64,000 nt of DNA. It comes from Antedon mediterranea. Taxonomy: Eukaryota > Animalia > Echinodermata. Numbering within the stretch: the first letter of the stretch is position 1; every line of letters begins with the position of its first letter. The translations under genes and the position numbers were made by a program. Of the stretch, positions 25,280 to 37,790 are shown piece by piece. The DNA is taken from contig NC_092673.1 in assembly GCF_964355755.1 (NCBI RefSeq), forward strand, positions 12,744,948 through 12,808,947, written 5' to 3'. A model generated the notes under the pieces. That model searched no databases and had not been told where the DNA came from. It saw only the letters and a program-made list of their open reading frames with translations.

Positions 25280-28200
25280 AAGTAATAATAATAAATGAAA
25301 ACTTATATAGCGCCGGTATCCTCCACCCATGTGGCGCTCATGGCGCTTTGTGCATTAACAACGTGCGAGAACATCAGCGAATAACGACGTCTTTAGGTTG
25401 GTCTTGAAACTGTTTAGACTAGTTGAGCATTTAACTGTTGCTGGTAAGCTGTTCCATACACTTGCGGCCGCAACGTAAAAAGATCTCTGACCCCACTGAT
25501 TTTTCGCTCTACGCTCTTGAAGAAGGTTTTGTGACAATGATCGTAGGCCTCTGCGGGATGATTCGTAACGATCCACAAGGTCAGATAAATAAGCAGGAGC
25601 ACTGTCATTTAGGATCTTGAATACAAACAACGCAAGTTTGTACTTAATACGTTGTTGAACAGGCAACCAATGCAAATCCATCAGGACAGGAGTTATGTGA
25701 GCGTTTGATTTTGTATAAGTTACAATTCTAGCTGCCATATTTTGCAAGCGCTGCAAACGTTGTATTTGAGATTTTGGTATGCCAAACAACAAGGCATTAC
25801 CAATGTCAATTTTAGAAGTGACAAATGAGTGTACAATCAATTCAGCTGTTTTCTTGTTAAGATTACCGCGAATACGACCAAGGTTCCTAATCGATATGCA
25901 TGCCGCTTTGGATACAGTTGTTATTTGTGCTTCCATAGTGAGATTACTATCCAGCATGATTCTCAGATTCCGGACCACCGATGAGGGAGCGATGTTAGAG
26001 TTTCCGATTCTGATATGTGTGATGTTGATTTTGGAGATGTTACATTTAGACCCGACGATAATAAACTCTGTCTTTCCATCATTCAACTTTAGGTAATTTG
26101 TTGTCATCCAATTGCGAACATCTTCTATACAGGCTTCCATCTTACTGATTGCTGCAGCAACATCCCTTTGCACTGGATTTACTGACACATAAATCTGTGT
26201 ATCATCTGCATAGAAATGGAAATGTAGACTGTGTTTGCGAATAATGTCACCAAGGGGAAGCGTATAAATGGAAAACTGGCCAGGCCCAATTACTGACCCC
26301 TGTGGTACACCATATTCCAGGCAAGCTTCATCTGAGAATGCATCATTGATACAGACTAGCTGACGTCTTCCTGTAAGATATGACTGGAACCAGTTAAGAG
26401 CAACACCATTTATGCCAATGCGATTTCTCAGACGGGTTATCAGTCTTTGGTGATCAACTGTATCAAACGCTGCTGACAAATCCAACAACACCAATAGCGT
26501 TATTTTCCCATCATTCATTCCTTGTAACAAATCATTCTGTACCTTTAAAAGGGAACTCTCCGTGCTATGACATGCACGATATGCCGACTGGTAATTCTCA
26601 TTTAAATTATGCTTTTGAAGATATGGAGTAATGCGTGATGTCACTACACGCTCCAGAGTCTTTCCAAGAAAAAAAAGATTCGACACCGGGCGGTAATTTT
26701 TCAGCGTGTTATGATCCAAGTTTTGCTTTTTTATTAAAGGACGAACGTGAGCAATTTTCAGTTCATCTGGCACTATGCCGGTATTAAGAGAATGGTTAAT
26801 GATTTCCGTTATTATTGGAACGACTGCGTCTATACACTTCTTCAGTATAGAAGTAGGAACTGGATCTAACCTGCATGATTTTGTTGGTGATTTCATCAGA
26901 ATGTTGCGGATCTCATCTTGAGATGCTGGTGTAAATGTTGTGAGATGCTGATGAACAGCTGTCACAGGCTCATTAAATGACATGTCATCAATCTTGAAGT
27001 CGTCTCTGATGATCTTGATCTTGTCTGTGAAAAACTGACAGAACCTGTTCGCAAGATCAAAGTCAGAAAGACTATCTGGGAGAGGTGATACCTGGCGATG
27101 ATGAAGGAGTTGGTTAACAATTTTAAAAAGTCCTTTCTGATCTGCTGCATGTTCTTCACACAAGCCAATGTAGTAGTTGGCCTTTGACTTTCTTACCATG
27201 GAATTTACATTCCTCTTCTGTGCAATGTAAGCTTGACGATCTATTTCCAGATGAGAGATTCTCCATTTCTTTTCAAGCTTACGCTTTGTTCTTTTCTCAG
27301 CATAGATGTCACTGTTATACCAACTAGTATTTGGACGGACCTTTACTGTTCTCTTTTTCGGTGGTGCGTGTTTGTCAAGAAGTTCACTCAAAGTGGTGAC
27401 ATATAGTCGTACTTTACTTGATAAATCAAGATTTGAGAGTGAAGTTCCGAGATCAGACTGTGTGATATCTTTACAAAATGTCTCAAAATTTATAGCATTC
27501 CAATGACGAGTTTCGATGGATTTAGTGATTACGGGTGGCTTCTTGATAAGGAGATTACATGTGATTGCATAGTGATCTGATATACCATCAATGACATTAA
27601 GGTTTGAGAAAACAGGAGGATCAGATGAACGAGTGATCAGCAAGTCTAATGTATGACCATGTCGGTGTGTAGGTGTAGACACATGCTGTTGAAGACTGCT
27701 TGCTACAAGTAGATTCCGAAAATGAATTGCATCTGCATCATTTGGCATATCCACATGGATGTTAAAGTCTCCAACGAATAGTATGGGAGCCGGCTTCAAT
27801 ACATAGTGATCAACCAAAGTTGAGAATTCTTCAGTGAAAACATTTAGACTGCAACCCGTTGATTTGCTTTGAGGACGATATACTGCTACGAGGAAAACTG
27901 AGGATGCATTGCTGACTATTTCCACATTTAGCAGTTCAAATGATTTTGGTAATAATCCCGTGTCATAACATTTAACCGCTATGCTTTCCTTGTAAAGAAG
28001 TGCAACTCCACCACCTCTTTTAGTACCAGCACGGGGAGCATGTTTGAGAGAGTATCCGTTGGGTGTAATATTTCCTATAACTGATGTGTCTTCTGGTTTA
28101 AGCCACGTTTCCGAAAGGGCAACAACATCCAGATTATGTTCGATAACGAAATCCACAAATTCTGTTGTTTTGTTCCGAACGGATCTTGTATTAATACTGC

Positions 28201-28300
28201 AAAATTTAATATTGTTTTTAGATAAGAGAGAGTTTGATGATAAGTCCGGAAATGATAGATTGTTTTTAGTGTGTTTGTCACGCCCAGCTCTTGTACCACC
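25280..28300 (-). mobile_element. L2-clade LINE, 5'-truncated
   Basis: The 3' end on - reads GCGCTATATAAGTTTTCATTTATTATTATTA (L2-type tail with a GC stem-loop). ORF2 is uninterrupted. No ORF1 and no TSD found. Confidence 0.9.
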
Positions 28301-28348
28301 AAAAAAGGAGGTTTCTACAACAGATGTCAATACTTCTGATGATGACAT
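25355..28348 (-). CDS. L2 ORF2: APE endonuclease + reverse transcriptase (997 aa; first ~14 codons come from flanking array DNA)
   Basis: APE motifs INTRSVRNK, LSETWL, RGGGVALLYK, GDFNIH, GHTLDL, SDH. RT motifs NYRPVSNL, LLDLSAAFDTVDH, GVPQGSVIGP, YADDTQIY, LKLNDGKTE. Confidence 0.95.
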   Translation of the reverse strand: MSSSEVLTSVVETSFFGGTRAGRDKHTKNNLSFPDLSSNSLLSKNNIKFCSINTRSVRNKTTEFVDFVIEHNLDVVALSETWLKPEDTSVIGNITPNGYSLKHAPRAGTKRGGGVALLYKESIAVKCYDTGLLPKSFELLNVEIVSNASSVFLVAVYRPQSKSTGCSLNVFTEEFSTLVDHYVLKPAPILFVGDFNIHVDMPNDADAIHFRNLLVASSLQQHVSTPTHRHGHTLDLLITRSSDPPVFSNLNVIDGISDHYAITCNLLIKKPPVITKSIETRHWNAINFETFCKDITQSDLGTSLSNLDLSSKVRLYVTTLSELLDKHAPPKKRTVKVRPNTSWYNSDIYAEKRTKRKLEKKWRISHLEIDRQAYIAQKRNVNSMVRKSKANYYIGLCEEHAADQKGLFKIVNQLLHHRQVSPLPDSLSDFDLANRFCQFFTDKIKIIRDDFKIDDMSFNEPVTAVHQHLTTFTPASQDEIRNILMKSPTKSCRLDPVPTSILKKCIDAVVPIITEIINHSLNTGIVPDELKIAHVRPLIKKQNLDHNTLKNYRPVSNLFFLGKTLERVVTSRITPYLQKHNLNENYQSAYRACHSTESSLLKVQNDLLQGMNDGKITLLVLLDLSAAFDTVDHQRLITRLRNRIGINGVALNWFQSYLTGRRQLVCINDAFSDEACLEYGVPQGSVIGPGQFSIYTLPLGDIIRKHSLHFHFYADDTQIYVSVNPVQRDVAAAISKMEACIEDVRNWMTTNYLKLNDGKTEFIIVGSKCNISKINITHIRIGNSNIAPSSVVRNLRIMLDSNLTMEAQITTVSKAACISIRNLGRIRGNLNKKTAELIVHSFVTSKIDIGNALLFGIPKSQIQRLQRLQNMAARIVTYTKSNAHITPVLMDLHWLPVQQRIKYKLALFVFKILNDSAPAYLSDLVDRYESSRRGLRSLSQNLLQERRAKNQWGQRSFYVAAASVWNSLPATVKCSTSLNSFKTNLKTSLFADVLARC

Positions 28349-29033
28349 ACCGACAGAGTCAGCAGGTCAGTAACTTTAACAATACAATGACATGTTATGT
28401 AGTTATTTACTAGGTTAGAGTAGAGGCCGCCTCTAGGCCTATCCCTATGTTTTTATGGGCCCGATCTGGGAGGTAGCAATGTCGTATTCGATTGGGACAT
28501 TTATCGTTGAGTATAGTTTTTTTTGTTTTGATTTACCTTTCCGTACTTATAACACAATTGTGTGCGTTGAGATTGTTCTTAACAAAAAAGTTTGCATTGT
28601 TAACGTTTTCTATTTCACTGGACCACCTCTAGTTACGTTCAGTATAACCCCTATTAAGGCTTCAGGAACAAAATAATGTCCCCTTGGCAGGGGTTTTTTA
28701 CTGGAAAAAAAAGAAATTATTTTGATATGTAAAATAAATAATTGATCTGGAATCATAAAATAAAAAATTGAAATTAGCAGTCCCTTTTAAACAATAAATG
28801 TATCTAATTATTTCTATGATAATAGTTTAAATTGCACATTTTCTGATTACAACATAGACTCTGTTTGTCTAGTAACAACTACCAAAGTTCCTCCAGCAGC
28901 AGAGAGAAAAGCATGGGAGGTTTCTACAACAGATGTCGATACTTCCGATGTTTGATACTTCCGATGATGACATATCAGCAGGTCAGTAGCAATAACATTA
29001 ACCATGAGCTTTTGCTAACCTTTCTAATCACAC

Positions 29034-30174
29034 TTTTTTTTATAATTTTTTTTGGCCGAAAAGGTGTAAAAATCGAGTGTGCGAGGATGAAACAATAAAA
29101 ATAATAACGTAGCGTATATTTCGGTGTATAATCGCACTTTTGACACGCAAATTTAACCTCTAAATTAAGGGTGCGTCTTATACACCGAACATAAATGCCT
29201 CAACACACAGATATCGCCACCTCGTTGGCTAGGCCTGGGCTTTTTAAGGTAAGGCCTATTAGTATTACTAAAGTCTAAAGAGTAGGCCTAGCCTAGCTAC
29301 AGTGTACTAGCGTAACAGCAACCTGCTAGTTTTCAAGGCATTTTAGCGTGATTTTGTACTAAATATGATGAAAAGATTTAGGCGCTCCGATAAAATTTCA
29401 TTTGAAAACGACGTTTACGATTGGAATAGTATTATATAGTTATACGCACGACCGTCGTACCCCCAGCGCGAGCGAGCCCTTCTTGGCAACCACATTGTTT
29501 ACACAGTATTCGACTAGTATATTCTCCAGTTGATTATAGCATAGACCTAGCGTACACACTTCAGGATACATAGATACTAATCGAATACGATTGTCCGTGA
29601 AAACGTGCGCCTCTCGATAAAAGGATCGAGCGAGGCTAGCCCACACACACGTGTGGTCATGCACTCGATATTGCGGGTGCGAAACTCATTCATAACAAGT
29701 TAGAAAGAACTAACGGAATGGGGGACTTCCCTTCTTGTTGAGGCTACTGGGCGCGGCCGTCTTATACATCGACGATATACAAAATACCGATATTTTACTC
29801 TCAGTTAGGGGTCGGGTGCGTCTTATTATACACAGGTGCGACTTATACACCGAAATATACGGTACACTAACTTCTAAAAATTAAAATATTTAATTAGGCC
29901 TGCTAACAACGACCTACTGTGTAGTAGTAGGCCTAGCCTAGGCTAGTTTAGACACGGGGCCTAACGCGCCCAAAACAGAATTAAAGTGTGAAACAAATTA
30001 TGAATAGATGTTTGAGCTCGTTGTTTTATTCAGTGTGTTTTGTTACTCTCAAATTCGCGAGCAATTAACAGAAAAATTAACATTAAAAAAAAAAAAAAAA
30101 AAAAATTTTTCCACCCGCCCCCCTACCAAAATAAAAAAACTTGACAGCAAACAAACAATTTTTTTTTTTAGGCC
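29034..30174. mobile_element. GGCC-terminated MITE, copy 1 (left TIR deleted)
   Basis: Equals 47403-48543. Right TIR TGACAGCAAACAAACAATTTTTTTTTTTAGGCC followed by TGA. Confidence 0.85.
29112..29862. mobile_element. pogo/Tc1-mariner-type MITE, copy 1
   Basis: TIR (C/G)CGTATATTTCGGTGTATAA(G)TCGCAC with TA TSD. Identical to 47481-48231. Confidence 0.9.
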
Positions 30175-30267
30175 TGAGGAAAAAATGGAAATATACTAAA
30201 AATGTATTTTTTTTATTTTGCTTTGAAAAGTTTTAATTTTAAATCATTACTTCTTTTACTCTTTCAG

Positions 30268-31850
30268 ATAAAGATTGGGTTTTTAATGGTGGGTCACACT
30301 CACGAGGATATTGACCAATTATTTTCATGTGTGGCCAAATACCTGAACAAATATAGAGCATCTACACTTGATCATCTTCGAAGTGCTGTTGAAAACTCGT
30401 ACAAAAAGTTGCCGATTACATCAAGTATCATTTCCTATCTGCATGACATTAAGAACTGGTTAGTACCATACATGCAAGACATACGTTACCACAGCAAACC
30501 ACACCAGTTTAAGTTTGTTTTGGCTCAAACCGGAAAATGCATCATGTCCTATAAGAACTGGTCAACGGATTGTACTTGGTGTGAATGTGCAAGAGAAATG
30601 GACACACTTCCATATTTGCTCAAGGAAAGCCCTGCTGATATACCAGTGTTGTGTACTCCTGATTTTAGTAATGCAGATATACCAAAGTTAAAAAAAAGTC
30701 TGGCGTCTGTTGCAAATTTTTTGCGAATAGAAGAACGTGACTGGTGGGAGGAATTTTTAAATAATATAGAAGAGATCACAGAAGGTATGTACTGTACTAC
30801 ATTGCATGTGTGATGTTTCACCATTTTACACATATATTTTTTGGTTTACAAGAGAATTTTGATTTTAGTATAGATTCAGCAGCTATACCAAAATTCAACT
30901 CTTTACTCCACACAACTATGTTGGGTCACATTCACCAATGCATGCTTCCACTGATAATTTTATGTGAGAACCTAAAATTATCAAATAACATGAACGATAT
31001 CTAGTGGAGTACACTGGAGAAACATGCCTCCTGATTAATTCATAAGATAAAATCAATCAATCAGCATCTGATTAGCATGGTGCGCAATGTATTGGCCCAG
31101 CTTTTATGCAACAAACACCTCAGCATAAATATATCATGATATTTTGTATGAATGTATATTATTTACTTTTTAAAACTAATGCGTACTCTTTTTTTTTAGG
31201 AAATGAACAGCGATTTTTGCTCCATGACATCATTTTTAATGACAACAATGCAAGCCCTATGAGGGAGGAATCTGATGGAAACGAGACAGACATTAGTGAC
31301 TCGGATAATGAAAATGAAATAAGACCGGTATGATAAAGATATTATAGATTTTCAAAATTACATCTTTGAAACATGTAATGCAACATAGTTTAAAGCAGTG
31401 CTTATATTTGGGATATGATCTCATAATCGCATCAAGCAAATGCATCAACGAAAATTCTATATTTTTAGGGTTGTAAGAAAAATGATTATGACTTTTCTAT
31501 GCTTTCTCCCACACTACTAGGTACACATTGGTAAATTTTCGAAGCGTAAGCCACCACAGCAACTCGATGTTGGTGCTATGGTAGCAACAGCTTTAAGGAG
31601 ATATCCCACAGAATGGCCTCGGATAGGCAAAATATTCAGCATAAATAACAATGAGGTAGAAGTAGTGTGGTACACTGGAACGTATACTTCCCGGTTTGTT
31701 CTGTGTGAAAAAGATGGACAAGAATGGCGAGAAATAATATCGAAGGAGGAGGTGATAAGTATATTTAATTTAACACCAACTAGTAGATTGCCTACCAATG
31801 TTATTGTTAAATTAAAAGAATTAAGAGATGACTTTTTAAATGAAAGTTAA
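30268..31850 (+). pseudogene. DUF7869/Sola-like transposase gene, 3' exons only (30268-30784, 31200-31327, 31521-31850)
   Basis: IKIGFLMVGHTHEDIDQLFS motif and GT-AG introns in consistent phase. The upstream catalytic exons are removed by the deletion at 29025-29034. Confidence 0.85.
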
Positions 31851-31961
31851 TGCAGGGAGTTTTACAACTCACTGGTTGTCACAATAGGGTGCACATTAAT
31901 GGAATTTTACATGTATAATGAATCTAAAAAAAATATTTAATTTTCAACCAATTTCATAATT

Positions 31962-32568
31962 GTATATAACAGTAGCTCAACCATATACTGTAGTCAAGTT
32001 TATGACCATGTAGTTTATATAACAATAGCTCAACCATATACTGTAGTCATAAAGTTTATGACCATCTAGTTTGTATAACAGTAGCTCAACAATATACTGT
32101 AGTCATAAAGTTTATGACCATGTAGTTTATATAACAATAGCTCAACCATATACTGTAGTCATAAAGTTTATGACCATGTAGTTTATATAACAATAGCTCA
32201 ACCATATACTGTAGTCATAATGTTTATGACCATGTAGTTTGTATAACAATAGCTCAATCATATACTGTAGTCATAAAGTTTATGACCATGTAGTTTATAT
32301 AACAATAGCTCAACCATATACTGTAGTCATAAAGTTTATGACCATGTAGTTTATATAACAATAGCTCAACCATATACTGTAGTCATAATGTTTATGACCA
32401 TGTAGTTTATATAACAATAGCTCAACCATATACTGTAGTCATAAAGTTTATGACCGTGTAGTTTTTATAACAGTAGCTCAACCATATACTGTAGTCAAGT
32501 TTATGACCATGTAGTTTTTATAACAATAGCTCAACCATACTGTAGTCATAATGTTTATGACCATGTAG
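31962..32568. repeat. 56-bp minisatellite (~11 copies)
   Basis: Unit TAGTTTATATAACAATAGCTCAACCATATACTGTAGTCATAAAGTTTATGACCATG; period 56 (32121 vs 32177). Confidence 0.95.
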
Positions 32569-34869
32569 ATGAACTTTATAGTAAAGTTGTATTAAAACAA
32601 TGAATGATTAAAAATTAAAAATATTCTGCAGTTATTAAAATTTGTTTTCTTTGCTTTGTGTGTACTTCGCGAAAAAAATGGACATTATAAAGATTTTTTT
32701 GGCCCATACCATTTATTTTTTTATTAAAAAAAGCAGTTTCTGCACATTAAACCTAGTTTAAATAAGAAGCTCATAATCCGAACAAAACTCATTGTGTAAT
32801 GTCTATTGTTGTTTTGGAAAACGGACAGTATATTTTAACCTAAAAAAGCTAGTATGTTTTTTTCTATAATTATAAAAATGATAGCGAATTATAAATTTAT
32901 AGAATAAACAAGGATTTGCATATTGTCGATGTTTCTCAATAATTAAACAAATCTTACAACCACATCTGTTTTTTCAAATAATATTTTTAATTCTAATGAT
33001 AGCTTTTTTTTAGGAAAATTCTATAAATAATGCGGATTGTAGAAATCCGTTATGGCACAAAATCGTGTTTTAAAGACAAATGTGACGATTTTTTTTTTAA
33101 ACAGATGCAAAGCACACAACGAGACACATTTAAAAGCTGAACCTATAAAAACACGGTGCTCTATATTCTTAGCTTAATTGACTATTTAAAATACATGGAA
33201 AGTACTTAGTAAAGTATACAAAAAAACACTTCGAAGTTTGCATGGCGAAATTATTAATTATGTTGAATGATGAAGTACGGGCTTGTATTTAATAGGTAAC
33301 ATACATACAATATTGCCTTTAGTGACTGTATCTTAGTCATACAGAAGAACTTTGAACTTCGATAGGGAATAGGCAATAACTTGTATTGTAATTATTCGAG
33401 TGATTTTTATTAATATATACACTAGGCCTACAGTATATAATTACGAAATTATTTTGGTGCTAGATTGCCTGGTTTCCATCTAAGGGACAACACACAATAA
33501 GTTTTGATGCCTAAATAGGAGATGCAAATTAAAAGTTTTAAAAGTATTTTAATTTTCTAACGGATTAGGTCTATAAGAAACGTATGGTATATGGTTGCCA
33601 TTTAAAAGAGCTTTCATTTACAATCACCAGCATCACTTTTAATGTATGATACTTTGATGAAAATTCATGTCGCAATCGTGTAATATCAATGACACGAATA
33701 TAGGTATTTACGATCAAATTAAAATAGTTTAAAGCGTGTAGACTAGATGGGATTCAAACAACTTCTAAAGTGTATTGTTCGTTACATTTTTCATAACTGT
33801 AATTCTATCCTATAGCACTCAACCCGAACAATTATTTACTTCTTGATTTTTAGCAATATATCCTAATATTACGTAATATATGATACGAATTCAATTAGAT
33901 AAACAATCTCAGTATAACCAGACTATGTTCAGAAGGTTCAAAAGTAGGGAAAGTAAAAAGGCATGTGTTCGTTAATATAGATAAATGCTGCCAGTGTTAA
34001 TATAAAACGTATTTATAGAATCGGACACAGCATCATAAAATCGAGAGACGACAAAACTTTTTTCAGGAATATAGACCAGGCAATGCACTCTTACTTTTAG
34101 CTAACATTATTTTTGAGAGGATTAAAAATCCGGAATGTCTGAATAAAAGTATAGGTATAGGTAAAATTAAGATTATCGAAGAAACGGTACATTAGACTAC
34201 TTTACATCTTGTCTATAGTTTTCACTTTTATTTGCACCCCTAAACAAATAATATTGCTAAATTTAGTTTTCCTTGGCATTTAATGTATGAACTAAAAATT
34301 ATTGTAAATGAAAAGTTTTTTAAACGGAAACAAATCCAATACGTTTTTGGGATGGATTCCTATAGTTTTACCTAGTTTTACTCTAGAGGGCATGTCCAGT
34401 CCTATCTATTTATTGCTTGAAACTATAATCAGCGGTTTTTTAAAACTTTAAACTTATCTGTGATATTATCAAGAGTTAATAGTGGAATTGCTAGCAATCT
34501 AAGCTATGTCCATATTCCTAAAAAATGCTCTAACCAACCCCATGGTCGGGCTGAGGTGGTATTAGACTAAAGTATCTGAACATTATACTAGTAATTTGAA
34601 CGTTATTATTATTATTATTTTCCGTCCAAATGGGGTAGCTAATTACATTATAGTGACTCCGACCCTGCCAATTCGGAAGTAGACTTTTGTTTTATATTCA
34701 GATGAATATAAGGAATAATTGATAATTATAGAAACATTTTAATACAAATCAGGTAGGCCCCTATTTACAATCACATTAATTTAAAAAAAGTTCAAGCGTT
34801 AATTAAAATGTTTCATAGGCTCATATTTCATAGTTTATATTTAACTTTGGTTATACTGTATATGATTTT

Positions 34870-36900
34870 TAGCAATAAATCCTAATATCACGTAAAAACA
34901 AGATATGAAAGTCACAGTCCAATTCAGTGGCAACAGGCATTTGATATCGTCGTCCAAAACTCCGTTTAAAAGATGTTAGTAAGCGTGATCGGCTTTCTTT
35001 TAATATTCCCACTGGTTCTTGGGAAATGTAAACATTATACATTAACGGATACATGATTCCACCCTGTCGCACTCCGTTTCTTACATAGAACCATCGGGAG
35101 ATAGATCTTCCCCATTTAATACAAAACTGTTGCTGTGAGTACCAACACGATAACAATTTTACAATTGCGGTTGGCATCTTTCTGTTTAACAATTTTTAAA
35201 AAAGAGTCCAGTTATTGAATCTGTCATATGCCTTAGAGGCATCAAGAAAGCAAGCATATACAGGGCTATTTTGCCGACTATAAAATGCAACAACTTGTTT
35301 TAAGATTAATATACATGTATCTGTGGAGTGACCCGATTTAAACGCAAACTGATGGTCAGATGACTTAAGGCTATCTCCGGACAATTTAATTAATACAAAT
35401 TCTAGTACCTTAGATACCACACTAGCTAAAGCTATAGGCCTAATTGCTTTTACTCGTAATATCACCTGATTTAGATTTTAAAATCGGAACAATTTATCAC
35501 TAGATAAATCTTTAATAATGCCCGCTACCTGTTGGACATTTACCTCACAACCACAATCATCATTACAATTAACAAGTATACTGTGAACATAATCCTTATT
35601 ACTATCATTATGAACACAATTAAACAGCTCCTCAAAATGAGCTGCCCAGTGGTTACTTATAATTATCATATTCACCATTAACATTATCCAAAGATTCTGT
35701 AAGTATTTCTTAAATTTCCAAGAAAGAAGAAGTAAGAACAGGAGTACATGATTTAGACTTATAAACCTTTTCCACAAATCAGCATAATCATTTTTAGTCG
35801 CGTGGAAGCGACTCTATAGTTCACTATGTCGGTCGGTCGGTCTGTCTGTCGGTCTGTCTGTCGGTCTGTCTGTCTGTCGGTCCGGTATCACTATGCGTTT
35901 TATCGCTTTATGACCTTATCTTGATATCAGTTAAATCTAGCTAAGTCAATTGTTCACAGAATATTCCTTATGGCCAGGAATCGATGTGGTTATGTTTTCA
36001 CGGTGCGCAATAAAAAATTACGCGGTCTACGCACGATTTAACGAAATCACGTTTGTAATCATATCTTAACAACCATGAATCACAATTAAATAAAATTTGG
36101 TACTCATAAATTTCAGGGCATAAATCATCATATGGCAATACAATTACGTGCGTAGTGCATGTAACGCATGCGTACGCGCACTTAAAATTTTCAAAATTTA
36201 TTTTCGATGAAATAAGAGTACGTTTCAAGAAATTTTAAGCGTTTACAAAATTGCCATGAGTGCGCAGATTTTTGTGCGCGCACTGCGCGTTAAATGTTAT
36301 TGCGCACTCTTTTTGCCCGATTTCTGTTTTCTTGACTTACTTTTCAACTCGAAATTACGTTATACGAGCACGTCAAAAGTGACAGGCTACGCACGTGTAA
36401 ATTAAAAAAATATAAATGTTTTTAAACATTTCAACATTTTTAAACATGTTCAGTAATTTCGGTCAGTATAGTTCACTATGTCGGTCGGTCCGTCTGTCTG
36501 TCGGTCTGTTTGTCTGTCGGTCCGGTATCACTATGCATTGTAGCACGCGACTTAATGGCTGTTGGCCTTGTTTAATAAAGACTTAACCATAGAATCAGCC
36601 CTATGCTGTTCTTCTTCTGATTTACACTAGCGTAAACTCATTTTAAATTGAGATCTTGTCATTTAAAACGCATCGCCTCAAATAATGAACCAGATTTAGG
36701 CTTTCCATTATTAACCCATAGAAGGAATGATTCTCTAGCCACATTATGGCATTCTGCGACATTTTCATTCCACCCTGGAATGTGGGTCCCATTTTTTATT
36801 TTCTTATTTTTAAAACACATTTTGGAGGCACTAGATAGAGCACAAACAATATCATTATACAAATCATCCATACCTTTCCTGATTTACTAACGTGCTGTAC
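34870..36900 (-). pseudogene. Decayed RTE-X-like LINE ORF2, interrupted by a HINE
   Basis: PGWNENVAECHNVARESFLLWVNNGKPKSG, RPIALASVVSKVLE, FLDASKAYDR and GVRQGGIMYPLMYNVY in broken frames. Confidence 0.85.
35793..36572 (+). mobile_element. Complete HINE (DINE-1-like Helentron derivative)
   Basis: T-run start, subterminal inverted repeat AGTCGCGTG (35796) / CACGCGACT (36544), 5' hairpin AGTCGC..GCGACT, two GTCG/GTCT microsatellites and a TTGTTT end. Confidence 0.85.
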
Positions 36901-37790
36901 TTGCATCCTATAGCACTCATAAACCCTCGCGTGACTATACTTTTGCTAATTTTAGTTCTCCTTGGCATTTAAAAATTAAAGAACGAAAAATGTCATGAAT
37001 CTCGAATTACTTTTATGTCGGTCCGAAAAAAAACCCTTTATACATAATTTTCATTACAAAAGGGAACGTTAATAAGACATCGGTCCAAAAACCCATTATG
37101 ATTGCGTCCAAATGATGCGGGTGCGCTTCGGTTGGCTCCCTTCGTTTAAAGTTATCGATAACATTGCAAAGTGAAAAAGCAAAGTGAGCGCACATAGGTG
37201 ACTTAATTGTGTTTCGTTTAAATGAAAGTAATAAGGAAGAATCGCATAAAAAAGATGTTTAATATTAACCATGCATTGTGCAAAACAAATTATTATTAGC
37301 CTACATTTCTGCCCCGTCATGAAATAACCTCTCAACTGCATACTGCATAATTTTCAGATAATCAACCAAACGTGTTTTTGTTATCATCCGGAATGAACAA
37401 TAATTGCAAGTAATTGAAAATCCGAATGCACCACAAGGTGTATCATTCCCTAAATTGCCCAAAAAGCTTTTTTAAAATGTGTCAATTGAGACGTTCTTTC
37501 ACGACAGGGCAGACCATGAAAACCACTTGGAATTACTACTTAAAACCACGAAATATTTTGACTTAACATTAGGAACATATTCCCAGATCGGTAAAATTAT
37601 TCCATCGACTACCTAAATTTAATGTTTCAATATTAACCACCATTTGAGTTGATTTTTAATTCAATTTCTAAATTGTTTATATATACCAAGCTATCTTTAT
37701 TGTTTTCTAATCTCACTCTTTTCACCAGCATTATGCCTCTTTTGTTTTATTTCTTTTATTCCAGTCCACTCAGGCAGCGCTTGATTTCTA

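Noticed and set aside
25414-28373. Short ORFs overlapping L2 ORF2 in other frames
   Set aside because: Shadow frames of a long coding sequence.
28455-30199. Recurrent ORFs MGPIWEV.., MHDHTCV.., MFELVVL..
   Set aside because: They recur only because of the tandem array and lie in introns or MITEs; no protein features.
31962-32568. Palindromic repeat array resembling a CRISPR array
   Set aside because: Units are contiguous and near-identical with no unique spacers, there are no cas genes, and the context is eukaryotic.
33225-33255. CACTTCGAAGTTTGCATGGCGAAATT as a possible right terminus of the DUF7869 element
   Set aside because: I found no inverted counterpart upstream of the gene (38400-39900), so neither TIR nor TSD can be supported.
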